The translations under genes and the position numbers were made by a program. Below are positions 44,155 to 45,909 of a stretch of 45,909 bases of DNA, in pieces (position 1 is the stretch's first letter; each line of letters opens with the position of its first letter). The notes below the pieces were generated by a model that was not told the origin of the DNA, made no database searches, and worked only from the letters and a program-made list of their open reading frames with translations. The stretch is from an uncultured Candidatus Bathyarchaeia archaeon (GTDB taxonomy: Archaea; Thermoproteota; Bathyarchaeia; 40CM-2-53-6; RBG-13-38-9). The DNA lies in assembly GCA_964627775.1 (NCBI GenBank), contig CAZVKZ010000001.1:1-45909 (forward strand). Reading direction: 5' to 3'.

Positions 44155-45261
44155 TTATTGCAGAAAAGCTTTCCTACGTGCATACTCGCAGGTCGAATAC
44201 CCTCGCTCGTTCAGCCAATGAGCTGTTTTGCCTATCAGAACGAGCGGCGCCTTCCCTAGGTCTTTGAGATTTCTCGCACCTACTAGAAACATAGCAGTCT
44301 TTAGCTCCTCGACCATGGTAGTCGCTGTTTCACTGAGGCGTCTCTTCCCGCGTGCTGCTGCCACCAGAAGGGGGAGCGCCACTCCTCCGGCAGTGGCGCC
44401 CAGTGCTATGGATTTTGCGATGTCTAGGCCACTTCTGAGGCCTCCAGATGCGATCACGGTCAGATTTGTTGACCTCGATGCTTCGACTATACTTGCGCAG
44501 GTTGGTATTCCCCAGTTTCGGAAGGTCTTACCGAGTGCTTGCTGGAGTTTATTGCCTGCCTGAACTGCTCTAAAGTACTCGACTGCAGCCCAGCTCGTCC
44601 CGCCTGCACCGGCAACGTCGATTCCCTTGGCGCCTGCCATCTGAATTTTGGATGCAGTCTCTCCAGAGATCCCAGTCCCGGTTTCTTTCAATATCAAAGG
44701 AACATCAAGCGAGGAAGCTATCTCGCGTATCTTTTCGAGAACTCCTTTGAAGTTCGGTTCTCCCTCGAGCTGGATTGATTCTTGGAGAGGGTTGGTATGC
44801 ACCATTAGTGCATCTGCTTTCATCATTTCGATAGCAATCTTGGCCTCTTCAACGCCATAGCCAGATGCAAGCTGTGGGCATCCGATATTTGCAAATATGA
44901 GCGCGTTCGGTGCATAGTCTCTGACTATACTATAGGTCTTCCTCAGCTGAGGTTTCTCTATTGCTGCTCGCTGGCTTCCAACCCCTATGGCGAATCCGTG
45001 CTCCTCAGCACATTCGGCAAGTACTCTGTTTATCTTGGCTCCTTCAGTAGCTCCGCCTGTCATAGATTCTATCACTAGTGGAGCCTTGAGCAGGTGCCCA
45101 AAAAGCTCCGCTGAGATGTCTATTTCGGATCGAGTGATCTCTGGCAGGGCTTGATGAACTAGGATTACGTCATCAAATCCTGCTGTTATATCTGCCTCCA
45201 CATTCTCTTTCAGCGAGATCTCTAGGTGGCTTTTCTTTCTCTCTTCGATCTTTCTTGACAT
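44155..45261 (-). CDS. fni: Isopentenyl-diphosphate delta-isomerase, type 2 (FMN-dependent)
   Basis: 368 aa. RKKSHLEISL N-terminus, MTGG, GVGSQR, ILKETGTG, IDVAGAGGTSWA, ASGGLRSG. Confidence 0.9.
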   Translation of the reverse strand: MSRKIEERKKSHLEISLKENVEADITAGFDDVILVHQALPEITRSEIDISAELFGHLLKAPLVIESMTGGATEGAKINRVLAECAEEHGFAIGVGSQRAAIEKPQLRKTYSIVRDYAPNALIFANIGCPQLASGYGVEEAKIAIEMMKADALMVHTNPLQESIQLEGEPNFKGVLEKIREIASSLDVPLILKETGTGISGETASKIQMAGAKGIDVAGAGGTSWAAVEYFRAVQAGNKLQQALGKTFRNWGIPTCASIVEASRSTNLTVIASGGLRSGLDIAKSIALGATAGGVALPLLVAAARGKRRLSETATTMVEELKTAMFLVGARNLKDLGKAPLVLIGKTAHWLNERGYSTCEYARRKAFLQ

Positions 45262-45328
45262 TTCTCTCTACCTGTCATCTAGAATCTGTTGGCCGAGGCC
45301 AAGACCATTTAAAACTTCTCATCTCCGG

Positions 45329-45909
45329 CTAGAAGCTCTCGATATTGACGCCTGATTGGTCGATCGAGACGATGTATGGTCTGCCATCGGCTTCAGTTAT
45401 TGCCTTTGCAACTCTTTCTGTGTTCTCTGGCTCAGAGAGGGCTATCATACAGCCTCCACCGCCAGCCCCTGTGAGTTTAGCCCCAAGTGCCCCAGCATTT
45501 TGCGCAGCTTCGACTAGTCTATCGAGGTGTGGTGTTGAGACGTCTATCTCCCTCAGAAGCTCGTGATTCTCATTCATCAAGAGACCTAGCTGACGGAAAT
45601 CGCCTTTCTCATAAGCTTTTGCTGCTCTGAGCGTAAGTTGCCCAGCTGAATTGCTGATTCTAGCAAGTTCTTGATCCCCGACCTCCACACGTCTCGTTAC
45701 TTTTGTGACGAGATCGCCTGTGGACCTTTTGACACCAGTATTCCCGATAACCATGCTTATTCGGTGGGAGGCCTGCAGGCGGGTTGGCGGTTCCCCAATT
45801 TTGAAGAGGATGACACCTCCGTAGGTTGCAGTCGTGGCGTCTATCCCTGAGGGCTTCTTATGTATGAAGCGCTCCTGTACAGAAGCAGGCTCAAAGATCT
45901 CTCTCTTGT
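45329..45909 (-). CDS. mvk: Mevalonate kinase (GHMP kinase), C-terminal part; 5' end lies beyond the window
   Basis: The frame stays open past the track start (45754) to the window edge. ...KKPSGIDATTATYGG... and KLTGAGGGGCMIAL GHMP motif 3. Confidence 0.75.
   Translation of the reverse strand, partial: KREIFEPASVQERFIHKKPSGIDATTATYGGVILFKIGEPPTRLQASHRISMVIGNTGVKRSTGDLVTKVTRRVEVGDQELARISNSAGQLTLRAAKAYEKGDFRQLGLLMNENHELLREIDVSTPHLDRLVEAAQNAGALGAKLTGAGGGGCMIALSEPENTERVAKAITEADGRPYIVSIDQSGVNIESF

Noticed and set aside
1-45909. Search for mobile elements, defence systems, CRISPR arrays, rRNA and tRNA genes
   Set aside because: I saw no transposase, integrase or Cas-like ORFs, no spaced direct repeats, and no rRNA- or tRNA-like segments by eye. 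The only PIN-domain gene (33264-33683) is the conserved housekeeping one between aIF2-gamma and rpoE', with no antitoxin partner.

Overview
Archaeal chromosomal segment. Evidence for archaeal origin: L7Ae/S28e/L24e/S6e/S24e/S27ae ribosomal proteins, aIF5B, aIF2-gamma, Spt4, Rpo7, separate Kae1 and Bud32, glycerol-1-phosphate dehydrogenase, and GGGP/DGGGP synthases. The gene content looks TACK-like, but the lineage cannot be fixed from this window. There are three blocks. (1) 0.3-27.3 kb is a tightly packed amino-acid biosynthesis supercluster: pheA; hisD, a HAD hydrolase and hisBHAF-IE; leuCDB-leuA plus a second beta-decarboxylating dehydrogenase; ilvBN-ilvC; a LysW-type lysine/arginine cluster lysWXYZJK plus homocitrate synthase; then, divergently, an Lrp regulator, a second lysW, argX and argG. 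(2) 27.5-37.3 kb holds information-processing genes: rpl7ae-rps28e-rpl24e-ndk-infB-rps6e-rps24e-rps27ae, DUF359/spt4/rpo7/PIN/aIF2-gamma, kae1-bud32 and an ITPase. (3) 38-45.9 kb is an ether-lipid/mevalonate cluster: egsA, a large membrane protein, GGGPS, DGGGPS, class II-like HMG-CoA reductase, type 2 IPP isomerase and a partial mevalonate kinase. Many genes use TTG/GTG starts and 4-nt start/stop overlaps. I found no tRNA, rRNA, CRISPR array, transposase or integrase. Two observations stand out. First, the aIF5B gene is split inside its P-loop by a 35-nt insert that folds into a textbook bulge-helix-bulge splicing motif, making it a candidate mRNA intron. Second, an unannotated 32-codon ORF ending in 11 consecutive Val/Ile/Leu codons sits 67 nt upstream of ilvB, which is leader-peptide-like. 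Two 57-aa LysW carrier genes fall below the ORF-track cutoff and were found by hand translation.
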